A stretch of DNA of 64,000 bases from Candidatus Bathyarchaeia archaeon. GTDB lineage: Archaea > Thermoproteota > Bathyarchaeia > Bathyarchaeales > DTEX01. This document shows, piece after piece, positions 44,459 to 55,091 of the stretch (position 1 is its first letter; every line of letters starts with the position of its first letter). The notes below the pieces were generated by a model that was not told where the DNA came from, did no database searches, and saw only the letters and a program-made list of their open reading frames with translations. Where the stretch lies: assembly GCA_038867895.1 (NCBI GenBank), contig JAWBXL010000003.1:9474-73473 (forward strand), written 5' to 3'. Both the position numbers and the translations under genes were made by a program.

Positions 44459-47167
44459 ATGCGACAGAAAACACTAGAAGAATTCTGTAAACCAGTCAAA
44501 TCTAACAGTCATAGAATTAGTGGAAACGCTATTTCAGAACTCGAGGAAAGTAGTGATGAAATCTTTAGAGAGGGTGAAGATGAGGTTCATGTGACAGGGA
44601 TCAATGAAGTGGCGGGTATTGAGCCTAGAAATCTCCCCCCATCCTATCTTGTATCCGTTGGATATGATGGTTCTAGAGGCGTTGCTTACGTGAAGTTGTA
44701 TGAGCCAGTCTCCCGGCGCATCTATTTATGGCATGATAATACTGGTCATAAACCGTATCTTCTCACAAATATTCCAGTCGTGGATCTAGAAAAGGTTGAT
44801 AGGATCGGCAATCACCCAGGCTTTGATCACTTTGAAGTTGTTGAGAAATATGATGCACTACATGACCAAATAATAAAAGTTACAAAGGTCGTTGCCAAAG
44901 ACCCGCTGGCGATAGGCGGGAAACCTAAGGGTTCTCTGAGAGACATAATTCCAGAAGAATTTTCAGCCACGTTTGGGAATAGTAGTGAAGTTAAGGTTTG
45001 GGAGGCATCCATTAAGTATTATCAATGCTATATCTATGACAGGAACCTGCAGCCCGGCATGTTATATACGATTAGAGAAAGTGAGCTAATACAATACTTT
45101 CATGAGGAGACTGAAAGGAAAATTGATAAAATTATTAAGGTTCTTTCCGAGGACGCGCCCAGCGATCTACTGCCATACTTAGAAACATGGGTTAGACTTC
45201 TAGAGTATCCGGCTCCGAAGATGCGCCGCGTCGCCCTTGATATAGAGGTTTATTCGCCAATAGCGACGCGGGTTCCAGATCCAGAAGAAGCCTCCCAGCC
45301 AGTCATATGCGCCTCACTGGTAGACTCTGACGGGAGAAAACAGGTCTTACTACTTAAGCGCGAGGACGTTGAGGAGGGCGATCTAAACTTACCGTCCGAT
45401 GTAATAATTGAGTTCTATAGTTCTGAGAGGGATCTGATTCAATCGATTTTTAATGCATTAGACGAGTATCCATTCGTTATAACATTTAATGGAGATGACT
45501 TTGACTTAAACTATCTATATCATAGAGCTAAGAACCTGGGCTTCTCAAGGAAGGACGTTCCAATAGAAAGAGGACAAAAAATTTGCTTGTTAAGATATGG
45601 CGTGCATATAGACCTCTATAGATTCTTCCTAAATAGATCAATCCAGATATATGCTTTTGGGCAGAAATACCGTAACGTTACTCTGGATGAGATTGCAAAG
45701 GCGCTTCTTGGAAAATCAAAAATTACTCTTACGAAGCCGGTCTCAGAGCTCTCTTGTGGCGAGCTAGCTCGCTACTGTCTAAATGATGCTGAGATAACCT
45801 TGGAGCTAACATCTTATAATGATGACCTCGTAATGAAGCTCCTAATGATTCTAACTAGGATAAGCAGGATGCCAATGGAGGATGTAAGTAGACAGGGTGT
45901 CTCAAAATGGATACGTAGCTTCATGTACTATGAGCACCGGAGAAAAAATATGCTTATCCCGAATAGTGAGGACATAATTGCGGTAAGAGGGACAACCGTA
46001 ACGAAGGCGATAATTAAGGGTAAAAAATATATGGGCGCCATTGTTGTCAAGCCAGTGCCCGGAGTGCACTTTAATATAGCCGTAATGGATTTCCAAAGCC
46101 TATACCCATCCATAATTAAGGTCTATAACCTGGGTTACCAGACGGTTCGATGCGTTCATGAGGAATGTAGAGACAACATTGTTCCAGAAACATCCCACTG
46201 GGTCTGCAAGAAGCACAGGGCCCTCGAGAGCGCGTTAATAGGATCCCTCAGAGATCTAAGGGTTAAATGGTATAAACCTAAGTCCAAAGATAAGACTCTC
46301 CCAGAGGAGCAGAGGGAATGGTATAATGTAATACAGAGCGCGCTTAAGGTCATATTAAACGCCTCTTATGGAGTATTTGGCGCGGAGGTTTTCGACCTTT
46401 ACTGCCCGCCGGCCGCGGAGGCCACGGCGGCCATAGGAAGAAACATAATAACGCTTACGATAAAGAAGGCCCGTGAGCTCGGTATCGAGGTAATATACGG
46501 CGACACGGACAGCCTTTTTCTAAAGAATCCATCCCCAGAAAAGATTAAGGAATTATCAGATTGGGCTGAAAATGTTTTAGGCATGGAACTTGATATTGAA
46601 AAATATTACCGTTATGCGGTCTTCAGCTATAGGAAGAAAAATTATCTTGGTGTTTTGGATGATGGAAGCGTGGACGTTAAAGGGCTTACTGGTAAGAAGA
46701 GACATATACCACCCTTCATAAAAAGATACTTTGATGCTATTGAAGATATATTAAGCCGCGTTAAGACGCCCGGAGAGTTTGAGGTGGCGAAAAGGGATAT
46801 TGAGCGTATTATACGCGAATGCTATACAAAGATAAAGAATAGAGAATGGGGTGATACAAATGATCTTGCTTTCGAGGTTGTTCTTGGGAAGCCCCCTGAA
46901 GCCTATACTAAGACAACACCACAGCATGTTAAAGCCGCATTTATGTTGCAGACAAGAGGTATCGAGTTAAAGGCTGGAGATACAATAAGATTTGTAAAAA
47001 CAATCAAGGAGCCATTTGTTAAGCCAGTTCAGCTCGCGTCACCAAAAGAAATAGATGTTGACAAATACATTAGTTATCTTAGATCAACATTTGATCAAAT
47101 ATTAGACGCATTAAATCTAGAGTTTGATGAGATTGTCGGATTAACAAGGCTTGAGCAGTTCATGTGA
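44459..47167 (+). CDS. polB: Family B DNA polymerase
   Basis: Exo I LDIEVYS, Exo II FNGDDFDLNYL, Exo III YCLNDAEIT, Pol A DFQSLYPSII, Pol B KVILNASYGVFG and Pol C YGDTDSLF. No intein-sized insertion. Confidence 0.93.
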   Translation: MRQKTLEEFCKPVKSNSHRISGNAISELEESSDEIFREGEDEVHVTGINEVAGIEPRNLPPSYLVSVGYDGSRGVAYVKLYEPVSRRIYLWHDNTGHKPYLLTNIPVVDLEKVDRIGNHPGFDHFEVVEKYDALHDQIIKVTKVVAKDPLAIGGKPKGSLRDIIPEEFSATFGNSSEVKVWEASIKYYQCYIYDRNLQPGMLYTIRESELIQYFHEETERKIDKIIKVLSEDAPSDLLPYLETWVRLLEYPAPKMRRVALDIEVYSPIATRVPDPEEASQPVICASLVDSDGRKQVLLLKREDVEEGDLNLPSDVIIEFYSSERDLIQSIFNALDEYPFVITFNGDDFDLNYLYHRAKNLGFSRKDVPIERGQKICLLRYGVHIDLYRFFLNRSIQIYAFGQKYRNVTLDEIAKALLGKSKITLTKPVSELSCGELARYCLNDAEITLELTSYNDDLVMKLLMILTRISRMPMEDVSRQGVSKWIRSFMYYEHRRKNMLIPNSEDIIAVRGTTVTKAIIKGKKYMGAIVVKPVPGVHFNIAVMDFQSLYPSIIKVYNLGYQTVRCVHEECRDNIVPETSHWVCKKHRALESALIGSLRDLRVKWYKPKSKDKTLPEEQREWYNVIQSALKVILNASYGVFGAEVFDLYCPPAAEATAAIGRNIITLTIKKARELGIEVIYGDTDSLFLKNPSPEKIKELSDWAENVLGMELDIEKYYRYAVFSYRKKNYLGVLDDGSVDVKGLTGKKRHIPPFIKRYFDAIEDILSRVKTPGEFEVAKRDIERIIRECYTKIKNREWGDTNDLAFEVVLGKPPEAYTKTTPQHVKAAFMLQTRGIELKAGDTIRFVKTIKEPFVKPVQLASPKEIDVDKYISYLRSTFDQILDALNLEFDEIVGLTRLEQFM

Positions 47168-47206
47168 GTTCTCTAGAGGGAAGCTGAGGTCCTCTCAGAC
47201 AGAATG

Positions 47207-47665
47207 TTAAACTTCTATGCCCATTTTCCTGAATAATGCTTTGGCTGTCTGCGTTATAGATAGATTCCTCATCTCTTCAGGGGAAAACCAGCGAGCTTCT
47301 AGAACCTCCGGAGAAGGTTTTACCTCTAATTTCTCCGATATGGGTTTAGCCTCAAAATCTATAAGTATATAATGAAATTTTACCCGCCCATCATCATCAA
47401 AAACAATATTCTCTATTACATCGATAAGACGTCCAACCTCAACCCTTATTCCCGTTTCCTCCTCAACCTCGCGCTTAACAGCATCCCTAATTTTCTCCCC
47501 AACCTCAACAAGTCCTCCAGGAATCGACCATAAGCCTTTTCCAGGCTCGTTTGCCCTACGAATCAGCAGAAATTTTCCGTTTGCATGCACGACTGCCCCA
47601 ACACCAACTAGCGGTTTTTCCGGGTAAACTCTTCTTGGGCGTTTTTCTTCGTTATGGTCTTTCAT
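47207..47665 (-). CDS. NUDIX hydrolase
   Basis: Nudix box GGLVEVGEKIRDAVKREVEEETGI. Confidence 0.88.
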   Translation of the reverse strand: MKDHNEEKRPRRVYPEKPLVGVGAVVHANGKFLLIRRANEPGKGLWSIPGGLVEVGEKIRDAVKREVEEETGIRVEVGRLIDVIENIVFDDDGRVKFHYILIDFEAKPISEKLEVKPSPEVLEARWFSPEEMRNLSITQTAKALFRKMGIEV

Positions 47666-47836
47666 AGTCCTGCATCCATTATATTGTAAAAAGATATGGT
47701 GTCATGGTGATAAAATATTACATGAAATTCAAAAATCTTTTGCCCAGCGCAATTACATTAAGATTTTCCGGGAATACATAGGACTATTAACAAATATTAT
47801 AATTCTTTTTATTCCCCTAAAGTTTAAAGAGTATTC

Positions 47837-48217
47837 GTGGAAGGTGCTGGCTTGTCTGAACCGATAGGAAGAAAAACTGTGAAGAAGACTCTGGAAAACT
47901 TGAGGGCCTACGTAAACCTTAAATCAAACTTGTTTAAGGCTGAGGAGAAATGTTTTCTTAAAATGTTGGAGGAAATTAAAAAGGATTTTGATAGGACAGA
48001 TAAAAGTAAAGAGGACTTAGATTTCATAAGTGTTGTTTTAGATTATAGCAATAGTGCAAGCGATTTAATAAGGGCCCTTCAACTGTATATCGAGGCTCTC
48101 GAAACATACGTGTCTGAACTTGATGAAACCTTTGACAGTCTTCTTGAGGATGCCAGAAAAATGTCCGAGCAATCTCTGCGAGAAATACCGCGCGATAAAT
48201 TACCCTTTTACGGATAA
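47837..48217 (+). CDS. Hypothetical helical protein
   Basis: 126-aa ORF with charged helical composition and no recognisable motif. Confidence 0.35.
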   Translation: MEGAGLSEPIGRKTVKKTLENLRAYVNLKSNLFKAEEKCFLKMLEEIKKDFDRTDKSKEDLDFISVVLDYSNSASDLIRALQLYIEALETYVSELDETFDSLLEDARKMSEQSLREIPRDKLPFYG

Positions 48218-48318
48218 AATCTTTTGGCGCTAAGAATAATTAGGATTGATAAATTAAATCTTTTTTAATAAGTAATGAAAAGCAATCTTGGATAGATGCT
48301 GAGCTGGAGATAGGTCTA

Positions 48319-49011
48319 ATGCCTGGGGTTAAACTTCCAATAATACTTGTGAATTTTAAGGCCTATGCGGAGGCTACTGGTGAGAATGCTGTTAAATTGG
48401 CTGAAATAACTGAGAGGGTTAGTTTGGAAACGGGTGTTTGTGTTGGCGTTGCCCCGCAGTTTGTCGATATACCTGTGATCGCGAGAAAATTTAATGTGCC
48501 GGTTTTTGCCCAGCATATAGACCCAATAAACTATGGAAGCTATACTGGCTATGTGCTACCTGAATCTGTTAAGTATGCTGGCGCCGTCGGATCACTTATC
48601 AATCACTCTGAAAGAAAACTTGGTCTAAGCGATATAAGTGCTGTTATTGCAAGGGCTCGTGAGGTTGGATTAGTGTCAGTTGTATGTTCTGAGAGCGTTG
48701 CAGTAAGCACTATATTAGCAGCTTTTAAACCAGATATGATTGCTATTGAGCCGCCGGAGCTTATAGGTACTGGTATACCAGTTTCAAAAGCTAAGCCTGA
48801 GGTTATAACGAGCGCTGTTAGGGCGGTTAAGAGAATTAATCCGGAGGTTGCTGTTTTGTGTGGGGCTGGAATAACTAGCGGCGGCGACGTCGCGGCGGCT
48901 ATAAGGCTTGGAGTGGAGGGGGTTCTGATCTCAAGTGGCATAGTGAAGGCTAAAGATCCCTATAAGATTATGCTTGAGTTCGCTGAGGCGATACTTATGA
49001 TTAATGGCTGA
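48319..49011 (+). CDS. tpiA: Triosephosphate isomerase (archaeal short type)
   Basis: ILVNFKAY, LINHSERK, IAIEPPELIGTG and GAGI. Confidence 0.92.
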   Translation: MPGVKLPIILVNFKAYAEATGENAVKLAEITERVSLETGVCVGVAPQFVDIPVIARKFNVPVFAQHIDPINYGSYTGYVLPESVKYAGAVGSLINHSERKLGLSDISAVIARAREVGLVSVVCSESVAVSTILAAFKPDMIAIEPPELIGTGIPVSKAKPEVITSAVRAVKRINPEVAVLCGAGITSGGDVAAAIRLGVEGVLISSGIVKAKDPYKIMLEFAEAILMING

Positions 49012-49060
49012 AAACCAATTACACATATAGATATAATTGTCTTAAGGTGGGCCTTAGCAA

Positions 49061-49945
49061 TTGAGGGTCAGTCCGGAATGCGCCCCCTGTCTCCTCCATA
49101 GGGGTTACCTAGAGATACTTGAAGCGACAGAGAATTTAGAGTTGAGGTTTAAGGCGATGTCCTATCTTCTTAGAATGCTCGCCGAAAATTTCCATCCAAA
49201 TGTCGTGCCAGCTGTCCTCGGCACCATGCGGGAGAGAATAATCAAGGATGTGACTGGAAACAATGATCCCATGGCTAAAAAGAAAATGTTAAGTAACATG
49301 GAGACTATGAGGATTCTCCCATTTGCCGAGAAATTTATCTCTGAGGAGACTGGCTATCCAAGGTTTAGAAGAGCATGTCTATGCGCCATCGTCGGTAACA
49401 TTATAGAATTTGATATTCCGGGCCATGCCTTCAACTTTAACGACCTATATAGGCTGATTATTGAGGCTGAGCAAGACCTAGTAATAGATGATATTCATGC
49501 TGCCTTCAGCCACATTAAAAAGGCTAAGCTAATAGTTTATTTGGCTGATAACTCTGGCGAAATAGCCCTCGATAAACTGTTTATCAGAGAGTTGAGGAAT
49601 ATTGGATGTAGGGTGATAGTTGCTGTTAAAGAGAAGCCAGTCTGTAACGATGCTACTCTTGAAGATGCCCTGTTCGTCGGGATAAATGAGGTGGCGGACA
49701 AAGTGATTACCACCGGGGGCGATACAATGGGGCTTATAATATCAGAATGCAGCAGAGAATTCTTGGAGGTCTATGAGATGGCTGACCTTATTATCGCTAA
49801 GGGCATGGCTAACGCCGAGACAATAACAGAGATGAAGCTAAAAGCACCGCATTTCCTCCTTCTGAGAGCTAAGTGTGGGAATGTCGCCGGGTACTTTGGG
49901 GTTGAGAGAAATAAAAATGTAGCTAAACTATTATATCCTTATTAG
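49061..49945 (+). CDS. DUF89 / ARMT1-like damage-control phosphatase family protein
   Basis: N-terminal CAPCLL motif and DNSGEIALD...KGMANAE as in DUF89. Confidence 0.78.
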   Translation: MRVSPECAPCLLHRGYLEILEATENLELRFKAMSYLLRMLAENFHPNVVPAVLGTMRERIIKDVTGNNDPMAKKKMLSNMETMRILPFAEKFISEETGYPRFRRACLCAIVGNIIEFDIPGHAFNFNDLYRLIIEAEQDLVIDDIHAAFSHIKKAKLIVYLADNSGEIALDKLFIRELRNIGCRVIVAVKEKPVCNDATLEDALFVGINEVADKVITTGGDTMGLIISECSREFLEVYEMADLIIAKGMANAETITEMKLKAPHFLLLRAKCGNVAGYFGVERNKNVAKLLYPY

Positions 49946-49954
49946 TGTGAAGGA

Positions 49955-50572
49955 ATGTTAACCAAGCTGAAGCATAAATTACAGGAGTTAATAGCTAGCG
50001 AGGCTCGGTTACTTCATAAAATTGGCCTTAAACCTAATGCAATAAGCATCTTGGGATTTATTCTAGGCTTCTCTTCTGGGCTAGCCTACTGGGCGGCTGG
50101 TGCATTATCCACCGGCTTAAACACATACAGAGTTTACTTGATCTTGGCTTCTCTTCTCCTTCTGTTTTCAGGCGTTTGTGATGTTTTAGATGGCGCCCTA
50201 TCTAGAATCTGTGGTGGGGTAACAGTATTTGGCGGCTTTCTAGACTCTATAATTGACAGATATGTGGATTCAGCAGTCATGCTCGGCTTAATTCTTGGCG
50301 GATTGTGTGATCTGGTATGGGGGGCATTAGCATTAATAGGCTCATTATTAACTAGCTACGCTAGGGCTAGAGCCGAATCCTCCGGCGTGATGATGGAGTC
50401 TGTCGGTCTGGTTGAGAGGGCTGAAAGAATCATAATCATATTGGCTTCATCTCTAATAGAGATCGCTTGGCCATCTCTAATTGCATTACGCGTTGGTGTA
50501 TCTATTTTAGCCGTAGCATCAAACTTCACTGTCCTCCAGAGAATCCTTTACTTTTACAGAAAAGAATCATAA
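49955..50572 (+). CDS. CDP-alcohol phosphatidyltransferase (archaetidyl-inositol-phosphate/serine synthase type)
   Basis: D-x2-DG-x2-AR...G-x3-D-x3-D motif: CDVLDGALSR...GGFLDSIIDRYVD. Multi-TM. Confidence 0.85.
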   Translation: MLTKLKHKLQELIASEARLLHKIGLKPNAISILGFILGFSSGLAYWAAGALSTGLNTYRVYLILASLLLLFSGVCDVLDGALSRICGGVTVFGGFLDSIIDRYVDSAVMLGLILGGLCDLVWGALALIGSLLTSYARARAESSGVMMESVGLVERAERIIIILASSLIEIAWPSLIALRVGVSILAVASNFTVLQRILYFYRKES

Positions 50573-50597
50573 ATGAAAAGAAAGGATTAAACATTTG

Positions 50598-50885
50598 TTA
50601 TCTTAATGGAGTTTTAACTTTTCTCTCTTCTCTAGCCCTAATTCTAACTAAGCCCCTAAAAACAGCACAAGAAACACAATAATAAAATGTTTCAACTCTG
50701 CTTGATATATAGGCGCCCTTCTGCCTAAGCTCCTTTGCTAATGCTGGATCTACAACCGAGATTCGGCGTGTAACTTTCTTTGCTTTATCACGTGGAACGA
50801 GCTCACCGCAACCACTGCACTGTACAAGATCGCCTCTACCCTTCTGACCCTTTGAGCGACCCCTATTCTTACGCTTATGTGGCAT
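50598..50885 (-). CDS. rps26e: 30S ribosomal protein eS26
   Basis: MPHKRKNRGRSKGQKGRGDLVQCSGCGELVPRDKA...YCVSCA. Confidence 0.9.
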   Translation of the reverse strand: MPHKRKNRGRSKGQKGRGDLVQCSGCGELVPRDKAKKVTRRISVVDPALAKELRQKGAYISSRVETFYYCVSCAVFRGLVRIRAREERKVKTPLR

Positions 50886-51071
50886 AAATTAACTCCCTTC
50901 TCCCTATTATACGCCTCAATTATCCAAAGGATAAAGATGCAAATATACACTTATACCTTACGCTTTTCTTAATCTCAAATTTCTACAGGCACATCATATT
51001 TTTCGCATGTTTTAATAAAAACTTAAATATTATTGGAAATTTTACACTTATTTTTGTGGAGAGTGCAATTT

Positions 51072-52340
51072 ATGGGGAAAGGATTACTTGCTGTTTTGTT
51101 GATAGTGTTGTTCCTTGCCGGTTTAGGGGTGGGCTATGGCATCAGTCTCATGGGCGCTCCAAAAGAAGTTCCCACTGGACTAGCTGGGGAGGTTAAAATA
51201 GGTGTCCTCGTAGATCTCGCTGGACCATTAACAAGATATGGTGAAGATATAAAGACTGGATATGAAGTGGCTGGAGAAGATGTAAACAATTTCTTAGCCA
51301 AGTCAGGTGCTAAATGGAGAATCAAACTAATATACGAGAATACGGAATCCTCGGCTGAAGTGGCGCTTTCAAAGTTTGAATCTCTTGTTGGGCAAGGAAT
51401 ACGTATAGTGCTTGGCCCAATGATGAGCCCACAATGCGCCTCCATTAGACCATCTGCCGAAGCAAACAATGTCCTCTTTATAAGCCCATCAGCAACAGCA
51501 GTGACATTAAGTATTCCCGGCGATAACCTATTTAGATTCTGCGCCATTGACGACTTGCAGGGGCCGGCGGCTGCAGCAGCCATGTACTCTATTGGCATTA
51601 AATACATGATTAGCGTCTACATATCTAATGACTGGGGTGTGGGGCTGGACGCCTCCGCAACAAAAAAGTTTGTCTCCTTAGGCGGAACTGTGCTAGAGCG
51701 TATACCATGGTCTCCAGGCACTCTTGAGTTCTCTCCGGTTGTGGAGAGCATCAATACCGCTGTTCAGCGGGCAAAAGCGACAGGTATTCCGCTGGAAAAA
51801 ATAGGGATTTATGCTGTTGCCTACGCGGAGATCCTGCCAATATTTGTGGCAGCATCAAAATATCCAGATCTTGCAAAAGTTAGGTGGTTTGGAACTGATG
51901 GAACAGCCCTGCTTCCAGAACTAGTTGACATTAAAGAGCATCCGACCGAAGTGAACTTTGCGTTAGCAACAAAATTCACGAGCACAATATTTAGAATACC
52001 TGAAACAAAGATGTATAAATATGTGAGGGAAAGAATAGTCGGCAAGTTAGGAAGAGAGCCGACAATCTACGCTTACTCAGCTTATGACTCGGTGTGGGTT
52101 GTTACGCTGGCTCTAGCGGCTGTAAACGAATATAACGCAATGAAGGTTAAGGCGATTCTACCTCAGGTTGCCAGCTCCTACTATGGCGCTATTGGCAATA
52201 TAGTTTTAAATGAGAATGGCGATTTAGCCATGGCTGACTACAGCCTATGGCGGCCCGTGAAGGTTGATGATAAGTTTGTCTGGAAGGAAGTTGGCGTCTA
52301 CTATGCTTCAATCGATTCTGTTGAATGGAAAGAAGACTAG
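51072..52340 (+). CDS. ABC transporter substrate-binding protein (branched-chain amino acid / LivJ-like), membrane anchored
   Basis: N-terminal TM anchor followed by a type I periplasmic-binding fold, upstream of livGFHM-like genes. Confidence 0.82.
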   Translation: MGKGLLAVLLIVLFLAGLGVGYGISLMGAPKEVPTGLAGEVKIGVLVDLAGPLTRYGEDIKTGYEVAGEDVNNFLAKSGAKWRIKLIYENTESSAEVALSKFESLVGQGIRIVLGPMMSPQCASIRPSAEANNVLFISPSATAVTLSIPGDNLFRFCAIDDLQGPAAAAAMYSIGIKYMISVYISNDWGVGLDASATKKFVSLGGTVLERIPWSPGTLEFSPVVESINTAVQRAKATGIPLEKIGIYAVAYAEILPIFVAASKYPDLAKVRWFGTDGTALLPELVDIKEHPTEVNFALATKFTSTIFRIPETKMYKYVRERIVGKLGREPTIYAYSAYDSVWVVTLALAAVNEYNAMKVKAILPQVASSYYGAIGNIVLNENGDLAMADYSLWRPVKVDDKFVWKEVGVYYASIDSVEWKED

Positions 52341-52407
52341 AATTCTCTGGCGTTGATCAATAACCCACCATTATATTTTTAATATATTTGGAGGCAAAGA
52401 ATGGCGT

Positions 52408-53184
52408 ATGAGCGGAAAAGCCATTTTGAAGGCGAAAAATCTTCTAAAAAAATTTGGGGACCTCATAGCGGTTAATGATGTTAGTATGGAGATTGAAAAA
52501 GGAGCCTTTGCGATTCTTTTTGGCCCGAATGGGGCTGGAAAGACAACGTTGATTAATCTTATTACTGGATATCTTGAGAAGGATCAGGGGAAAGTTTGGT
52601 TCGACGGGAAAGATATAACCAGGTTCTCGGCTGTTGAGACTTTTAGGCTTGGATTGGCGAGGAGCTTCCAGATTCCAAAAATTTTTCCCCGTTTAACAGT
52701 CTTAGAAAATATATTGATGGCGATTAGAAATCCCGGAGAGAGCTTCGTTAAAGCTCCCCTTAGATTTTCATGGAAGGAAATAGAGAAGGAGAATGTTGAG
52801 AGGGCCTTTGAGGTGCTTGAGATGGTGGGTTTAGAGGATCAATGGGATAAGTTGGGCGGAGAGTTAAGTGGGGGTGATATAAAGCTCTTAGAGGTTGGAA
52901 GAGCTTTAATGAGTAACGCTAAAATGCTTTTGATGGATGAGCCAATAGCTGGTGTAAATCCAGCCTTCTCCCACGTGATACTTGAGCGCCTACGTAAGAT
53001 CAGAGAGGCGCGCAATCTTACAATCCTGATAATTGAGCATAGATTAGATATAGCATTAAAGTATGTGGATTATGCTTATGCGATGGTGAATGGAAGGATA
53101 ATTTTTGAGGGGAAGCCAGGCGACGTTATAAAATCGCCTGAGGTTATTGAGAGTTATCTTGGCGAAAAGTATCATTTGGGGTGA
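52408..53184 (+). CDS. livG: ABC transporter ATP-binding protein (LivG-like)
   Basis: Walker A GPNGAGKTT, signature LSGGDIK and Walker B LLMDEP. Confidence 0.9.
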   Translation: MSGKAILKAKNLLKKFGDLIAVNDVSMEIEKGAFAILFGPNGAGKTTLINLITGYLEKDQGKVWFDGKDITRFSAVETFRLGLARSFQIPKIFPRLTVLENILMAIRNPGESFVKAPLRFSWKEIEKENVERAFEVLEMVGLEDQWDKLGGELSGGDIKLLEVGRALMSNAKMLLMDEPIAGVNPAFSHVILERLRKIREARNLTILIIEHRLDIALKYVDYAYAMVNGRIIFEGKPGDVIKSPEVIESYLGEKYHLG

Positions 53185-53188
53185 ATTT

Positions 53189-53905
53189 ATGCTTGATCTG
53201 AGGAATGTTAATGCTGGGTATGGGATGCATCAAGTGCTCTTCGACATCTCTATGAACCTAAAGGAGGGTGGAATAACAATTATAATTGGGCCGAATGGCG
53301 CGGGGAAAACAACTCTCTTCAGAACTATAATGGGACTTACAAATATATATTCAGGGACAATATTATTCAATGACCATGATATAACCAACCTGAAGACAAA
53401 CAAGATAGTGAAACTTGGAATCTCCTATGTTCCGCAACGAAGCAGCTTCTTTGAAAATCTTACAGTAAAAGAAAATCTCCTGCTGGGAGGCTATATTTTA
53501 AGGGAGGATGAACGCTTCTCCCTCATGAAAGAAGTCCTAGAACTTTTTCCTGTTTTGGCAAGGAAGGACTACATTAATAGAAAGGCAAATAGGCTCAGCG
53601 GAGGCGAAAGAAGAATGCTGGCAATAGCTATGGGTTTAATGAAAAAACCTAAACTATTATTGCTTGATGAACCCACCGAGGGCTTAATGCCAAAGCTTAC
53701 GATAGAAGTATATAAGAAGATTAGGGAAATACATGAAGAAATGGGCACGCAGATAGTGATGACCGCGGAAAAGGCTCAGTTATCTCTGGAGATTGGTGAT
53801 GAAGCATTCCTGCTTGTTAGCGGGCAAATAAGGGATCATAGAACAACGCAAGAGATGCTGAAGGATCCAGCTCTAAGAGAAAAGTACTTCGGTATTTATG
53901 GGTAA
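53189..53905 (+). CDS. livF: ABC transporter ATP-binding protein (LivF-like)
   Basis: GPNGAGKTT, LSGGERRMLAI and LLLDEPTEGL. Start set at ATG 53189. Confidence 0.9.
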   Translation: MLDLRNVNAGYGMHQVLFDISMNLKEGGITIIIGPNGAGKTTLFRTIMGLTNIYSGTILFNDHDITNLKTNKIVKLGISYVPQRSSFFENLTVKENLLLGGYILREDERFSLMKEVLELFPVLARKDYINRKANRLSGGERRMLAIAMGLMKKPKLLLLDEPTEGLMPKLTIEVYKKIREIHEEMGTQIVMTAEKAQLSLEIGDEAFLLVSGQIRDHRTTQEMLKDPALREKYFGIYG

Positions 53906-54131
53906 ACAAGTATATAAGAATAATTCATAACTTGAAAAATTGAAAATATGGATTTGATTCGCCGCACCAGTTTTAAGGTTATGAGAAAGATCACCAACAA
54001 CTAAAGTTTATTAACGACATTTAAAGAATTATATTATGGCGATAGCATCGAGTTAACATAGGCTTTTCCAGTTTCAAGATAAAAATTTAAGTTTGGAACT
54101 AGAAATCTTTAGAGAATAGAGAGGTATAGAA

Positions 54132-55091
54132 TTGATTACTCCATTACTGCAAAACGCAATAGTATTCGCTAACATAGTTTCGCTTATGGCGATCTCGGCG
54201 ACTCTAGCATTATCAAAGACTAATGTGCCAAACTTTGCTGTCGCAACATTTGGCACAATAGGCATATACATAACTTTTACATGCGTCAAGATATTTGGGA
54301 TGCCGCTTTACTTGTCACTTCTGTTTTGCCTTGTTTTTGGCGGGATTATTGGAATAATAATTTATCGGCTAATGATCAGGCCATTGAGGGAGAGGGGGGC
54401 TACGCGGGAAGAGACTATGATAGCTACTTTAGGCCTCGATATTCTTCTTATAGCCCTACTAAACATATATGCCGATTATCTCACGCGGGTTTTTAAGGTG
54501 ATGGCCAGAGACTTCACCTTTTCAGCCTACGATTTTAATATTGCTGGATTAAATGGTGTCTTTATAGTATCAACTCTATTTTTTGCCGCAGTTCTAGTGC
54601 TTTTACATATAATTTTCACAAAAACAAACTTGGGAATAGCTATGAAAGCTATGGGTGAAGATCAGTCTTTGGCGGAATGCCAAGGGGTCAATACAGAGAT
54701 TTTATGCTTGGTCACATGGTTCATTGCTGGTGCACTGCCAGCTGCTGCTGGAGTCTTCTTCCCAGTCAACTGGATATCGAATCCAACAATATCCCTATTC
54801 ATCGTCGTATCCGTTTTTGCATCATGCGTTTTAGGCGGCTTCTCAACAATTTATGATGCGGCTGCCGGAAGCTATATTATCGCGATGGCGCAGGTTCTCC
54901 TAATTCCTTACCTCGCTAGTATTGTTGGTCCTTGGATCTTACCATATGGCTTCCTAGTTGCGTTGCTAATAATGATTTTTACAGTCATAGTTTTTCCTCG
55001 GGGTCTCTATGGGTTGCCGTGGAATATTGTTGGTGAAAGATTGCTTGAGTTTTTTGACGATATGAAAAGGTGTTGGAGGTTTAAAAAGTGA
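54132..55091 (+). CDS. livH: Branched-chain amino acid ABC permease (LivH-like)
   Basis: Polytopic membrane protein with LivH-like length and pattern, in transporter context. Confidence 0.85.
   Translation: MITPLLQNAIVFANIVSLMAISATLALSKTNVPNFAVATFGTIGIYITFTCVKIFGMPLYLSLLFCLVFGGIIGIIIYRLMIRPLRERGATREETMIATLGLDILLIALLNIYADYLTRVFKVMARDFTFSAYDFNIAGLNGVFIVSTLFFAAVLVLLHIIFTKTNLGIAMKAMGEDQSLAECQGVNTEILCLVTWFIAGALPAAAGVFFPVNWISNPTISLFIVVSVFASCVLGGFSTIYDAAAGSYIIAMAQVLLIPYLASIVGPWILPYGFLVALLIMIFTVIVFPRGLYGLPWNIVGERLLEFFDDMKRCWRFKK

Noticed and set aside
44459-47167. Checked the PolB gene for an intein or an inactivated exonuclease
   Set aside because: All Exo I-III and Pol A-C motifs are contiguous and intact. 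At 902 aa there is no room for an intein.
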